This document shows positions 1-10,414 of a stretch of 63,732 bases of DNA, in pieces. Position 1 is the first letter of the stretch; each line of letters starts with the position of its first letter. Made by a program: the position numbers and the translations under genes. Below the pieces are notes generated by a model, which was not told the origin of the DNA, did no database searches, and saw only the letters and a program-made list of their open reading frames with translations. Origin of the DNA: a virus (taxonomy: Duplodnaviria; Caudoviricetes); the IMG/VR virus record IMGVR_UViG_3300036770_004125, positions 1 to 63,732 of that record; one strand, given 5' to 3'.

Positions 1-34
1 TTATTGAGTTTTAGTTCGTTATTTATATTTATTA

Positions 35-289
35 TTATTGGTAAATTGGGTCATTATTTTCATCGTGACGCTGATAAGTTCCAATACCAATTATATTGTT
101 ATTTTCATCACGACGCTGATAAGTTCCAACACCTATTGGATTATTATTTTCATCATGACGAATATAATCCACATTCCAATCTTCATAAGATACAGCAGAC
201 CAACCCTCATTTTGTCCAAATTGAGTAACTGTAGTAAATCCAGGTTGTGGAGATACTGGTTGATTATTTTCGTCGCGTCTTATATACAT
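35..289 (-). CDS. Small hypothetical protein with tandem RxDENN repeats
   Basis: 84-aa ORF with about four R(R/H)DENN-x-IG repeats, downstream of the portal gene. Confidence 0.7.
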   Translation of the reverse strand: MYIRRDENNQPVSPQPGFTTVTQFGQNEGWSAVSYEDWNVDYIRHDENNNPIGVGTYQRRDENNNIIGIGTYQRHDENNDPIYQ

Positions 290-297
290 CTTTTATT

Positions 298-459
298 TTA
301 TTCTTCTTCTGAAGGTGAGTTGTCAAATAAGGATGCTGCAACAGAAGGTCTTAGAGCATCAATTTTTTCTGCTGACTTTGTAAACAAAATATCTTTAATT
401 TTGTCGCTGATTTGTGATGGTGACTCATCTGCCACAATCATATCCATAAGTTCGTCCAT
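298..459 (-). CDS. Small acidic protein downstream of portal (possible prohead core protein)
   Basis: Read manually: MDELMDMIVADESPSQISDKIKDILFTKSAEKIDALRPSVAASLFDNSPSEEE (53 aa); position after gp20. Confidence 0.65.
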   Translation of the reverse strand: MDELMDMIVADESPSQISDKIKDILFTKSAEKIDALRPSVAASLFDNSPSEEE

Positions 460-485
460 AGTATTTAAAATTAACTATAATTTAT

Positions 486-2153
486 TTAGATTCCTTTTTC
501 TGTAGGAGGTTCAACACCTTTTTCATTTACACCAGGGTCTACTGGAACCTGACCAGACGCTCCATTTATAGTATCCATAGGCATTCCAGTTTCTGGATCT
601 ATTGGAGCATTTGGATCAGGTATCACTCCACTTTCAATTTCTTTCTTAATTAGAATATCTTGCTCAACAATTTCTTCATCAGTTTGACGAAGAATCTTTC
701 TTCTTACATAGTCTTGAGAGTAATATTTACCGATATAAGGTTCTGCAGTTGCAGCCATATTTAATCTTTCAGTCATCAACTCTGCTTCTTTTAATTCGGA
801 GAAATGATTATCGTACAAGAAGTCATACTGTATATGCTCTCTCATCAATTTCCAATCTTCTGGAGTAATAATATTTTTAAGAATTAATTGAGTTCTCAAC
901 ATGTCATTGAACATGTTAGAAAATCTTTTCCTTAATCTTCCTACGAATTTTGTAAATTTTAATTCGTCTCTTAGAATTTCAGATGAACGACCTAAGTTAA
1001 ATCCACCTTCTCCACCAATTCTTGTTGGAGGTACATTTAGTGAGCGATAAAGTTTTTCTTGGAAATACTTAATATCAGTAATTTCTCCAAGATTTTGTCC
1101 TCCAGGAAGAGTTGAAATTTCAGTTCCTCTACCACCTTCACGACGAGGCAACCAGAAATCTTCAAGCATACTCATAAACTTCTTATCGTCACGAAGTTCT
1201 CCAGTGCTTGCATCATAAACTAGTTTATTACGATAGCGCATCATAACATCACGAAGATATTGTTCTGCCTTTACTTTTGGAAGATTGCCTACATCAATAT
1301 AGAAAATTCTTCTTTCTGGTGCTCTGGACAAGCGATAAATTACAAGAGAATCCTCAATCATTCTAAGTTGATTGAGTGACTTGATTGCCTTATGTAAATA
1401 AGAAAGACAAGTTCCTTTATTTCTATCTACTAATCCAGAAGTACAGTATGTAATTGAATCTCTTGCAATTCTCATTCCTCCATTTTGTGTTGGAGAAGTA
1501 GTTCCTGGTTGCTGCCCTCCAAGTGCTCCTACAGGATAGGATGCTTTTGGATTGTATACAAAGTATTCCTCAATTTCTGGGAAATCATAATCCATAGGAT
1601 TGTCAGTTGCTTTAATATAATTTGATCTATCATTTTTTGTTTTTTTCTGTTGACGCACATATCTCATCTTCATTGCGTCAATATAACGAAGTTCTTGAAT
1701 ACCTTCTTGTGGTTTTTTGATATCTATTACCTTATGATAATATAATCTTCCATCAATGTACCAGTTTCTATAAATTTCGTGCGATTTTTTGTCAAAATCT
1801 AATAACTCTAAAATATATTTAAATTCTTCTCTAATTTTTTCTTTTATACCATCACTGGCATTTAAATTTGATAACTCAATTTTTATCGGAGAGTCATTAG
1901 TATCCGATACAATTGCTTCATTTACAATATCTTCAATAGCACTATCAACTTCTGGATGAAGTGCCATCTCCCGATATCTTTTAATCATATCAAATTCGGT
2001 TCTATAGACACCTTCAATGTCTACATAAGAACCGAAAAATCCGCTAGTTAAATAATGATCAACCCCGTCCTCATTATTCTGAGGAACGGGGGATACCACA
2101 TTCGGGGATTGATTTTGATTATCATCAATTGAAAATCCAAATAGTCTTGCCAT
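486..2153 (-). CDS. g20: Portal vertex protein (T4 gp20 family)
   Basis: Motifs IYRLSRAPERRIFYIDVGNLPK and EDFWLPRREGGRGTEI. Confidence 0.98.
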   Translation of the reverse strand: MARLFGFSIDDNQNQSPNVVSPVPQNNEDGVDHYLTSGFFGSYVDIEGVYRTEFDMIKRYREMALHPEVDSAIEDIVNEAIVSDTNDSPIKIELSNLNASDGIKEKIREEFKYILELLDFDKKSHEIYRNWYIDGRLYYHKVIDIKKPQEGIQELRYIDAMKMRYVRQQKKTKNDRSNYIKATDNPMDYDFPEIEEYFVYNPKASYPVGALGGQQPGTTSPTQNGGMRIARDSITYCTSGLVDRNKGTCLSYLHKAIKSLNQLRMIEDSLVIYRLSRAPERRIFYIDVGNLPKVKAEQYLRDVMMRYRNKLVYDASTGELRDDKKFMSMLEDFWLPRREGGRGTEISTLPGGQNLGEITDIKYFQEKLYRSLNVPPTRIGGEGGFNLGRSSEILRDELKFTKFVGRLRKRFSNMFNDMLRTQLILKNIITPEDWKLMREHIQYDFLYDNHFSELKEAELMTERLNMAATAEPYIGKYYSQDYVRRKILRQTDEEIVEQDILIKKEIESGVIPDPNAPIDPETGMPMDTINGASGQVPVDPGVNEKGVEPPTEKGI

Positions 2154-2187
2154 TATTAAAGATTGATTGTACTTTATCTATTTAGCA

Positions 2188-2763
2188 TTAAGTGCCAGCA
2201 TTGCCAGCACCACCGCCACCAGTTCTTTCCCAATATTGAACTTGGAATTCTACAGTAAACTCCTCAATTGTGTCTGAGGTATCATATGAAAGATCAATTT
2301 GAGAAATATTAGTTGGAAAAACATCATAAAATTTGTATACAGCTGAGGGAGTCAAACCACCTCCACTAACGCCTCCAGCTGATGCAAGTCTTTGAAGTTG
2401 TCTTACTTCAGCCTCTGCCATATAATCATTAGGATTATTTGCACCACTAGAATCTGAATATTGTCCAATAAGTTGCATCCATTTTTCCATTGCATTTCTA
2501 ATTTTAAAATCAATATCATTAATTACAGTGATAGTCCAAGTATCAAATGTTCTATCACCAGCAACTTTAAATATGCGCCCTCTAAATGGAACATCTATTG
2601 GTGCAATATTAGATGCAGGAAGAGCAGCTGCTTTACATAACATTGAAAATTCATTACCATCAAATGCTGCGCCACCTTTTGGAGTCATAGTGACCTCAAA
2701 TAAATTAGGTCTAGCACCTCCCCCTTTAAGTGTTGATTTGAACTGTGATAGTGTGTATGGCAT
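2188..2763 (-). CDS. g19: Tail tube protein (gp19)
   Basis: GGARPNLFEV, AGDRTFDTWTITV, IEEFTVEFQVQYW; lies between g18 and g20. Confidence 0.96.
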   Translation of the reverse strand: MPYTLSQFKSTLKGGGARPNLFEVTMTPKGGAAFDGNEFSMLCKAAALPASNIAPIDVPFRGRIFKVAGDRTFDTWTITVINDIDFKIRNAMEKWMQLIGQYSDSSGANNPNDYMAEAEVRQLQRLASAGGVSGGGLTPSAVYKFYDVFPTNISQIDLSYDTSDTIEEFTVEFQVQYWERTGGGGAGNAGT

Positions 2764-2797
2764 TTTAGAATTCCTCCGTTTTAATTAGTTATAAAAA

Positions 2798-5365
2798 TCA
2801 GACTGTTCCAGCAACTTCTTCAAAGGAAACCCCAGTTCTAGTTGCTACGAATGTGAGAGTTACATAGTTAATGGATTTAGTTGGTTTTAGGAAAATATCC
2901 GCTCTAAATTCATTATTGTCAATAACATCTGGAGTGTTGTTAGTTTCATCACATCTTACGAAGAAACCATACAATCCTCTCTTTGCTTCAACATCACGGA
3001 GATATGGTTCAACAATGTTTATGAAGTTCAATCTTGTAATTTCATCGTTCAATTCAAAGAGTTGTGCCTGAGCAGTTCTTTCAAGCGCCTGTTCTACAGT
3101 TAGGAAGAGGCGACGAACATTAATTCTATCAAATGCGGAAGGATATCCAAGTGCAGTTTTATCTCCGAAGAGAAGTATTCCGATTCCAGGTTGATTTATA
3201 ATGGAATTTACTCTTTGAGTATAAAGTTGATCTCTTTGGAATTTATTTGGACTGTATGCTAACTTAATAGCGTTATTTAAAATTCCTCTTTGCTGACCAG
3301 CAGGAGAGAACCAAGGATATGCAAAAATACTGGTACGAACCATCAATCCAGCAACATCAGCATTGCATGGGATATAACGGAATTTATTATTAAAGCGATC
3401 ATAAGTGTACTTATATCCGGTATCAAATACCGCATAAGATGAAGAAGGTAAAGGTGAGAAGAACTCTATGATATTGTCAGTAATTTGATCTGTAGTTAGA
3501 TATTGTCTCAGTCCTGTGTCTTGATTTGCTTCAGAAACTACATCAAGTCTGTGTGGGGAAATAACCGCGACACAATCCTTTCTTTGACCAGCAACTGAGA
3601 TCAAATGAGCAGCTTTGGCTTGAGATTCAAACTTGTTTCCAAGACCAGGGCCCATGATTAAGTAATCAATTGCAATTTCATCTCTATTAGAGAATAGATC
3701 ATATGAATTTAGAAGATCACCTAATTGTGCGGTCATTGTACCTGTTTCTCCAGGTAAAGCATCAATATCACCGTAGTCTCTACCACCACCTAAGACATAT
3801 ACAGCATTTCCGATTGCGCTGAATACCTTATCTTGGGCAATTTCATTCCACAATCCTTCTGCAACAGTATATGGAGTAAATCCTTCGGAGAATCCGGTTT
3901 GGAATACTTCCTCATTATTTTGATTATCAGATGGATTATCTCCAGCATAAATGTAACTTGAATAAAGAGCAAGGAATTCTTTATACCAAATTCTTTGCTG
4001 TGGATTTACTGTAGAAAGTGTATCAGTTGCCTTAGAAAGATTAGTGAATTTTTCTAGAAGGTTTCCTTGAATTCCAGTAACACTTCCAGTGTCATCTACC
4101 ACAACAATATGCATTGCATCATTTTTTCCATTGCGATCTAATACATACTCGTTTGTATTAGGTCTTGGCGCAATAGATCTCCAAAGAATGTCTGCATTTA
4201 CTAGATCTAGATATTGGTTATCGTACCAATCTTTTACGAAAGATCCTCCAACAGGAAGAGTTCTTGAAGTTACAATTCCAGTTTCACTTACTATATTTAC
4301 AGTAGTTGAAGATGTAGAACTAGATGCTCTAATTGATGATGCACGATCTCTTGGTCTATAGGTAATGAAAGTATCTGCATCAGTTCCAATAGCAACTCTA
4401 GATACAATTTTTACATCAATAGCATCATCTTGAACACCAGTAATAATTCCTTTTAGGTATCCAGTAAATGTTGAATTAATTCCAGTTGGTAAAGTGTATG
4501 TTACATTGTTTAGGGATACTGTTACTCCCATACCAACTTCACATTGAGCAGCAGCTGTTGACCCTATGGTTACAATCTGATCTGCTTTATTATCAATAAT
4601 ACAAACCTTAAGATTATTTGACCAAGATCCTGGAGTTTTTGCTGAGAACATATATCCAGCAATATCATCGGCATAATTTAATGAATAATCATCAAAGTTT
4701 TTAATTTTAAGATCTGGTTCTGCAACTACAGAAGTTCCGCCTGTAGTGTAAATATCAGTAATATCAAATTCAAAATCTACTCCAAATGTTGCAGTAGTTC
4801 CTAAACCAACATTACTCGCTAAAATAGTAATGCTCTCATTTTCATTAAATCCATTTCCTCCATTGGTAATGGAAACTGTGACGGTAGAACCTAAACCTGC
4901 CCCATTATCTGCAACTACAACAGTAAAGACTGCACCAGTTCCGTCTGCATCAGTAGTTGTATATCCAGTAGAAATACCTGTATTTTGAACAATATATGTT
5001 CCAGGTGTTCTTAATGTACTAGCAGCACTGACATTAGCAACTTCTATAATTTCACCACTTCTAACTCTTCTTGCATTTGCATTTCTTAATGCATCTCCAT
5101 CCGTTCTTACAACTTTAAGAACACCTCCATAAGAAAGGTATGAAGAAGCACTCATCCAATACTCATATTGCCCATCTAATGAAAGAGGTTTGCCATACAC
5201 GCTAATTAACTCTTTTTCATTGGTGATGTCAACAGCCTCATCTACAGGGCCTGTGGGGAAAGGACCCGCAATCGCCCCGATGTTATCTAAAACATTATCA
5301 GCTCTTCCTACTGTTAGGTCAACCTCACGGATCAGTACGCCGGGAGATAATTGAGGAGTCGCCAT
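2798..5365 (-). CDS. g18: Contractile tail sheath protein (gp18)
   Basis: N-terminal LSPGVLIREVDLT; C-terminal PWFSPAG, FDRINVRRLF, KPTKSINYVTLTFVATRTG. Confidence 0.97.
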   Translation of the reverse strand: MATPQLSPGVLIREVDLTVGRADNVLDNIGAIAGPFPTGPVDEAVDITNEKELISVYGKPLSLDGQYEYWMSASSYLSYGGVLKVVRTDGDALRNANARRVRSGEIIEVANVSAASTLRTPGTYIVQNTGISTGYTTTDADGTGAVFTVVVADNGAGLGSTVTVSITNGGNGFNENESITILASNVGLGTTATFGVDFEFDITDIYTTGGTSVVAEPDLKIKNFDDYSLNYADDIAGYMFSAKTPGSWSNNLKVCIIDNKADQIVTIGSTAAAQCEVGMGVTVSLNNVTYTLPTGINSTFTGYLKGIITGVQDDAIDVKIVSRVAIGTDADTFITYRPRDRASSIRASSSTSSTTVNIVSETGIVTSRTLPVGGSFVKDWYDNQYLDLVNADILWRSIAPRPNTNEYVLDRNGKNDAMHIVVVDDTGSVTGIQGNLLEKFTNLSKATDTLSTVNPQQRIWYKEFLALYSSYIYAGDNPSDNQNNEEVFQTGFSEGFTPYTVAEGLWNEIAQDKVFSAIGNAVYVLGGGRDYGDIDALPGETGTMTAQLGDLLNSYDLFSNRDEIAIDYLIMGPGLGNKFESQAKAAHLISVAGQRKDCVAVISPHRLDVVSEANQDTGLRQYLTTDQITDNIIEFFSPLPSSSYAVFDTGYKYTYDRFNNKFRYIPCNADVAGLMVRTSIFAYPWFSPAGQQRGILNNAIKLAYSPNKFQRDQLYTQRVNSIINQPGIGILLFGDKTALGYPSAFDRINVRRLFLTVEQALERTAQAQLFELNDEITRLNFINIVEPYLRDVEAKRGLYGFFVRCDETNNTPDVIDNNEFRADIFLKPTKSINYVTLTFVATRTGVSFEEVAGTV

Positions 5366-5431
5366 TTTTTTCTCCTAAGTCTCAGTTTATCTAAAAAATA
5401 TTTATTAAAAACTTAATTTACAAAAGATAAA

Positions 5432-7084
5432 CTAACTTAAGTATTCCCACATATAAGATCTATCTCCATATTCATCTGCATACCATCTATCTCCATCACT
5501 GTCTACAAATGTACTTTCATCATTTATTCCATCTACTATAAATCCAAATGGTGACATGTCTTGCTCTACTTGATTTTTTTGTTCTTCGTATATTCTTTTC
5601 CGAATATCTTGATCTGTCAATTCTTTAAAATAATCTTGCAATATTAACCAAGAATACATTACAAGACACATCACTAAATCATCATTTCTTCCCTCTTCTG
5701 CCTCAAAAGAATTTGCTTTTTGTATAAAAGTAGTCAGTTCATTAATGATTTCAAAATCATTAAAAATTAACTTATTATCTTCTATTAAAGTTTTTAAATT
5801 TAAACAACCAACTTTTTTGGTTGTTTTAGACATCTTTACTCCAAGTTGAACTTTTTTACCAGAAAATCCTTGACCTAAAATTTGACCTGCTCTACCTCGC
5901 ATTGAACTCATCAAAAGATTTGGGTATTCTAAATCATAGTGAAGTCCTGCAGCCACTTGGTCCCCAACATCATTAACTTCACAAAGGACATATGCATTAT
6001 TATAAGATTTTGCTACATCTTTAATTATATTTGGGAACAGTATTGGTCTTATTTGATTATTTCTATACTTTGCTACTACTTTGTGAGGAAACTGTGACAC
6101 ATCAATCACTACAAAGGCAGAAAAGTCTTTTTCAACTCCACGAGCAACATCTACAGTAACGACATATGTATGCTCTTCTTGAGGATCTTCATAAACATCT
6201 AATCCTGCATTTGAAGTTTTTGGTTTATCAAATATTAATCTGTTTAATACGGGACCAGAAATTAAGGTATCGGATGAACCAAGGAACAAACATTCAAACT
6301 CTTGCCTCCATTGTGCTTCTGAGGTATTTGCAATTGTAGTCCTTTTAAATTCTTCATCTCTTCCAGGAACATCAGTCCAATGAACTTCAATTGGAACATA
6401 TTCGTTTCTACCTTTTTGTGCATCATCCCAAAGACGATAAAAATGATTCATTCCGTAAGGTGTACTTACGACGATAACCTTTGAAGATTTACCTGAAGTA
6501 ATTACAGGATATACAGAACTAAAAAAGTTATCAGCAACTGTATTTGGAACGAATGCAAATTCGTCCAAGAAAATAATATTATAAGTACCACCTCGGATAG
6601 AAGATGCTGAAGTAGAAGCTGCAGTTATCTTGGACTTATTTTCAAGTTCTAAGGATCCCTTGTTCCACGATAAGACCCCTTGCTGTAACCACTTGGGCAA
6701 ATTCTCATATCCTGTCTGGAGACGGGTTAGAAGGTCTCTGGCAGTGTTTGCTTTGTTTGCAAGAATAGCAATATTTACATTGTCATTGAATATTGCATAA
6801 TGAAGAAGATATGAAACTACTGTAGTACTTTTTCCAGACTGACGGGGAAGTTTACATATACTAAATCTATTCTCATGAAAAGTTTTTACCATATTTTCCT
6901 GAAAAGGATACATGTCAAATTCAGACAATCCATAATCAAGAGTTGTAATTTTTATATATTTTTTTGCAAAATAAACAGGATCTTGAGCACATTTAATCCA
7001 CTCAAGAACCTGTTCTTCTGTAAATTCAATTTTGGTATTTGCTTTTTTTAGAAGTGGATTACCAAGATAATGTTCTTCAGACAT
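5432..7084 (-). CDS. g17: Terminase large subunit (gp17)
   Basis: Walker A PRQSGKST, Walker B IIFLDEFAF, nuclease motif DDLVM. Confidence 0.98.
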   Translation of the reverse strand: MSEEHYLGNPLLKKANTKIEFTEEQVLEWIKCAQDPVYFAKKYIKITTLDYGLSEFDMYPFQENMVKTFHENRFSICKLPRQSGKSTTVVSYLLHYAIFNDNVNIAILANKANTARDLLTRLQTGYENLPKWLQQGVLSWNKGSLELENKSKITAASTSASSIRGGTYNIIFLDEFAFVPNTVADNFFSSVYPVITSGKSSKVIVVSTPYGMNHFYRLWDDAQKGRNEYVPIEVHWTDVPGRDEEFKRTTIANTSEAQWRQEFECLFLGSSDTLISGPVLNRLIFDKPKTSNAGLDVYEDPQEEHTYVVTVDVARGVEKDFSAFVVIDVSQFPHKVVAKYRNNQIRPILFPNIIKDVAKSYNNAYVLCEVNDVGDQVAAGLHYDLEYPNLLMSSMRGRAGQILGQGFSGKKVQLGVKMSKTTKKVGCLNLKTLIEDNKLIFNDFEIINELTTFIQKANSFEAEEGRNDDLVMCLVMYSWLILQDYFKELTDQDIRKRIYEEQKNQVEQDMSPFGFIVDGINDESTFVDSDGDRWYADEYGDRSYMWEYLS

Positions 7085-7098
7085 AATATAACTCTACA

Positions 7099-7353
7099 CT
7101 ACCATTTAACTTTATTCGCCCAATAAGCCGCTGACATTTTTCCTTTTGCTATATTTTTCGCATGTCTTGCCTTAAATCTTTCACGACGATTTGCATATGC
7201 TTCAGATTCACCTTTCTTTTTGGGTGATCCTTTTACACCTCTTTGGCCAAAGCGAATAATTTTCTCTTTTCCACTTTCACATGCTTTAACTACATGAGAT
7301 TTTCCAGTTTGAGAATCACCAACTGCTTGTGCTTTAGGTTTATTGCAAGGCAT
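7099..7353 (-). CDS. Basic hypothetical protein; probable C-terminal extension of the upstream ORF via -1 frameshift
   Basis: 84 aa with IRFGQ...RFKARH...SAAYWANKVKW; in the -1 frame relative to 7365..8930. Confidence 0.75.
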   Translation of the reverse strand: MPCNKPKAQAVGDSQTGKSHVVKACESGKEKIIRFGQRGVKGSPKKKGESEAYANRRERFKARHAKNIAKGKMSAAYWANKVKW

Positions 7354-7364
7354 CTCTGCCTTAT

Positions 7365-8930
7365 TTACTTTTTTTCTTCAGATATTTCAACCTCTTCACC
7401 CATAGGTTTTACATAATTTTTATTAGAACCCATTTTTGCACCACTACCACCTCTATATGCATAAACTAGAGGTTCTCCTTGTTTAAAATCTGCAACTCTG
7501 TAATTAATTACATTTGAACCTGGATAGATTTTTTGAATTTCGTCTGCAATTTCAATTCTTGAGGGAACTTTTGCTTGAGGGAAAAATATTTGAATAGTAT
7601 AATACTTACCTCTCCAAGATAAGGTTACAAAGACATTATTGCCAGTTTGTGCGGGCATTCTGCTTGCTTCATCAATACTTTCTTTTTGATATCCCTTTGC
7701 TTTTTTCACTCCCTTTTTAACTGGAACGCAATTTGGAACTTCTCTTCCATTTTTCATTTTCATTCCAACTTGAGTATATCCTTTCCAGCAAGGATTCTCT
7801 TCTTCTATAGACCCAGATTTAATAATATCAATAAACTCAGCATAATAATTACCATTTGCATCTCTTACTATAGAACTTTCTTTTTGAGTTTCCATTTTTT
7901 TGAGTTTACTGTAATAATTGGGAAGTTCATCCAAATGCTGAAGAGCAGTTATTCTTGCCTTACTTTTATCTGAAGTATGTTCAAATTCAACTTTTGTTCC
8001 GATTTCAACTTGCTTATGGATTTGATCTAAAGAAACCCCGTGCTTTTTAGCAAGTTCTTCTGGTGACTTATATGATTTTGTTGGACCCTTTGGATCCTTT
8101 TCTTCTGACATTGGACACTTATGTTTTCCATGAACAGGACAAGGTTTTCCTTCTCCAGTATGAGCACATGATTCTCCAACTGGTTTACCTATTCCAACCT
8201 CAGTTGGTTTAATTTTTTGTCCAGGAACTTTCATTCCCTCTGGAATTGGTTTACATACCCGATCAGTATTGCACCAATACATTCCTTTTCCACACTTTTC
8301 TTCGCCAAGAATTTTTTCAACTAAAGAAATTTCTTCTCCTAATTTTGGTTTTTGCCATTTAACACCAGTTCCTCCAAGATTTTTAGCAATATTACTTGCC
8401 GCTGCAGTTTCACCTGCCGTTCTTCCCTTTCCTGTTAATCCTTTTTGGGCAACTTTATTTCTCTTTACTTCTTTTTTATATGTATCTGGATTGATAGATG
8501 AACTTACTTCTTCTTCAACCTTTTCATCACTCTGTAAATATTCTGCTGCAGTGTCAATATAATCTGCTGCTTTTGTGATTTTTGATTGAACCCAAGCAGG
8601 AAGTTGTTGATTGCCAGACTTTATGGATTTTCTGAGGTTTTTTACTGCATTTTCAATTGAATCAAGTTCATTTCTTGCCATATAACCTTCATCATCTGTT
8701 TGTTTCCCAGAAGCAACTTCTTTGTGATCCTCGTGAATTTTTTTCATTTTTTCCTTAATCCAATCGTCTGGTGTCTTTTTATATTTATTTTTAAAAGAAT
8801 TATGAAGATCCTTTGCAGTCACATCATAAGATTTCATAATCTTTCTCATTAAACTATCAATAGAATCATAAGAAATATCATCTAATTTTAGTAACTTATT
8901 TTCTAGTTCTTTTACTGCTTTAGATAACAT
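7365..8930 (-). CDS. Modular charged protein between gp16 and gp17 (probable internal head protein)
   Basis: 521 aa with small modules (LPAWVQSKIT; KVEFEHT...ALQHLDE.PNYY; PCWKGY...VPNCV) separated by Glu-rich linkers. Confidence 0.7.
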   Translation of the reverse strand: MLSKAVKELENKLLKLDDISYDSIDSLMRKIMKSYDVTAKDLHNSFKNKYKKTPDDWIKEKMKKIHEDHKEVASGKQTDDEGYMARNELDSIENAVKNLRKSIKSGNQQLPAWVQSKITKAADYIDTAAEYLQSDEKVEEEVSSSINPDTYKKEVKRNKVAQKGLTGKGRTAGETAAASNIAKNLGGTGVKWQKPKLGEEISLVEKILGEEKCGKGMYWCNTDRVCKPIPEGMKVPGQKIKPTEVGIGKPVGESCAHTGEGKPCPVHGKHKCPMSEEKDPKGPTKSYKSPEELAKKHGVSLDQIHKQVEIGTKVEFEHTSDKSKARITALQHLDELPNYYSKLKKMETQKESSIVRDANGNYYAEFIDIIKSGSIEEENPCWKGYTQVGMKMKNGREVPNCVPVKKGVKKAKGYQKESIDEASRMPAQTGNNVFVTLSWRGKYYTIQIFFPQAKVPSRIEIADEIQKIYPGSNVINYRVADFKQGEPLVYAYRGGSGAKMGSNKNYVKPMGEEVEISEEKK

Positions 8931-8935
8931 TGTTT

Positions 8936-9385
8936 TTATGAATCTGTATTATTTAACTTATTTTTTAATAACTTTGAGAGTTCGGCAGTTGATCCTACAA
9001 AAAGTGCATTTGTAACATTAGTAGGACCATTTGAAGATTTAACCTCTTCAATATCTTTAAGTTTCTTCTGAAGTTCCATCAATTTATCTGTGGCATCGGA
9101 AACATTTTTAATCAATTGACCAACAACTTCATATGCTCTAGGAGATTCTGTTTCTTGAGCAAGTTCAAGAACACTGTTAATTGCTTCTTGACCCTTTTCA
9201 ATAATTGAATAAAAATTTGCTCTAGAATAATCATAATCTTTTTTTATATCGTTTGTTATTGAAACATTCTTTTTTTGTTCAACAACATCAATGTCAACAG
9301 AATTATCACTCTGTTGCACGATTTCGCTAGTAACATTAAACACTTCGTCAAGTTTATCAAATTTTTTTGCCATAGTTTTAACCAA
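8936..9385 (-). CDS. g16: Terminase small subunit (gp16)
   Basis: SPRAYEVVGQLIK and NALFVGSTAEL; lies between g15 and g17. Confidence 0.9.
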   Translation of the reverse strand: MVKTMAKKFDKLDEVFNVTSEIVQQSDNSVDIDVVEQKKNVSITNDIKKDYDYSRANFYSIIEKGQEAINSVLELAQETESPRAYEVVGQLIKNVSDATDKLMELQKKLKDIEEVKSSNGPTNVTNALFVGSTAELSKLLKNKLNNTDS

Positions 9386-10382
9386 GACTTAATCCACTAA
9401 ATCCAAAATCGTCCCCAGGTATAATAAGACTATTATCCTCTTCAGTTATTAGTTTAACTTCTGTGCCAGAAACATGATTAGTTATAGAAGTCCCATAAGA
9501 ACCTCTAATTACAGTAAGAGAATTTCCACTCTTTTGAGCAACGAACAGTGTTTCTGTATTCAAAGTAAAATATGAATTTAAAGGTATGTTTGAAGCATCT
9601 TCTACTTCAACTACTACATCACCTCTTTCTAAGTCTCTACTTAAAATTGTAGTAACTTCTCCCGTATAATTTTTAGTTGCAACTGGAGTAGTTGAAAAAG
9701 TAAGATCTCTATTAGTAGATCTACTATCTCCAGATACAAATCCAAGAGAAACTTTTTTGATGATATCCTTGTCTGCTCCAGAAGATACTGGACCAAAAAG
9801 ATATATTTTTGCGATAAACTTGAATGTATAGATTAGTGCTCTTCTTGTTGTAAAATCTCCCTCATAATCATCCTCCATTGATACTGATTCTAAAACAATG
9901 GGAATATCTCTTTTTTCGCCTATAGTGTCTATTAAATTTATTGTTAAAGTATAAGCAGGTTGAAAATATGGTAAAATTTGCTCAACTATTTGCAACATGT
10001 CATCATTCAATTTAGTCATCACACTTAATTCAAAATCCATATTATATGGAACTGGCATATATGTTTTTCTTACATCAGAAGGATCTGATACTGTTCTTGA
10101 AACAAATGTTTGAGTAGTTGTTAGTTTTCTAGCTGGATCATAAGATAATCCATTAAATTCAAACGACATTCTTGGTAATGTAATTTGAACTGCACTATTT
10201 AAATTTGGTTGTTGTTCTACTCTTGCTAGAAATTTTTGAATGGGTCCGTATGCTAAAGGAACATTAATAATAGAAAATACTTCCCCTTCATCGTTCTTTT
10301 GCTGTATTTTAATATTATTGAATAATGTACCAAATCCAATAATAGTTTTTCGTAAAATTTCGTGATAAAAATACTCAAACAT
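9378..10382 (-). CDS. g15: Tail sheath stabilizer / tail terminator (gp15)
   Basis: FGTLFNNI, VPLAYGP, LPRMSFE, QIVEQILPYFQP. Confidence 0.95.
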   Translation of the reverse strand: MFEYFYHEILRKTIIGFGTLFNNIKIQQKNDEGEVFSIINVPLAYGPIQKFLARVEQQPNLNSAVQITLPRMSFEFNGLSYDPARKLTTTQTFVSRTVSDPSDVRKTYMPVPYNMDFELSVMTKLNDDMLQIVEQILPYFQPAYTLTINLIDTIGEKRDIPIVLESVSMEDDYEGDFTTRRALIYTFKFIAKIYLFGPVSSGADKDIIKKVSLGFVSGDSRSTNRDLTFSTTPVATKNYTGEVTTILSRDLERGDVVVEVEDASNIPLNSYFTLNTETLFVAQKSGNSLTVIRGSYGTSITNHVSGTEVKLITEEDNSLIIPGDDFGFSGLSLG

Positions 10383-10414
10383 TTTTCTTACCCATTTGTA
10401 ATCTATTTAACATA

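Noticed and set aside
486-7084. Introns or inteins in g20, g18 or g17
   Set aside because: The frames are continuous; g17 and g20 have normal length and no intein motifs are visible.
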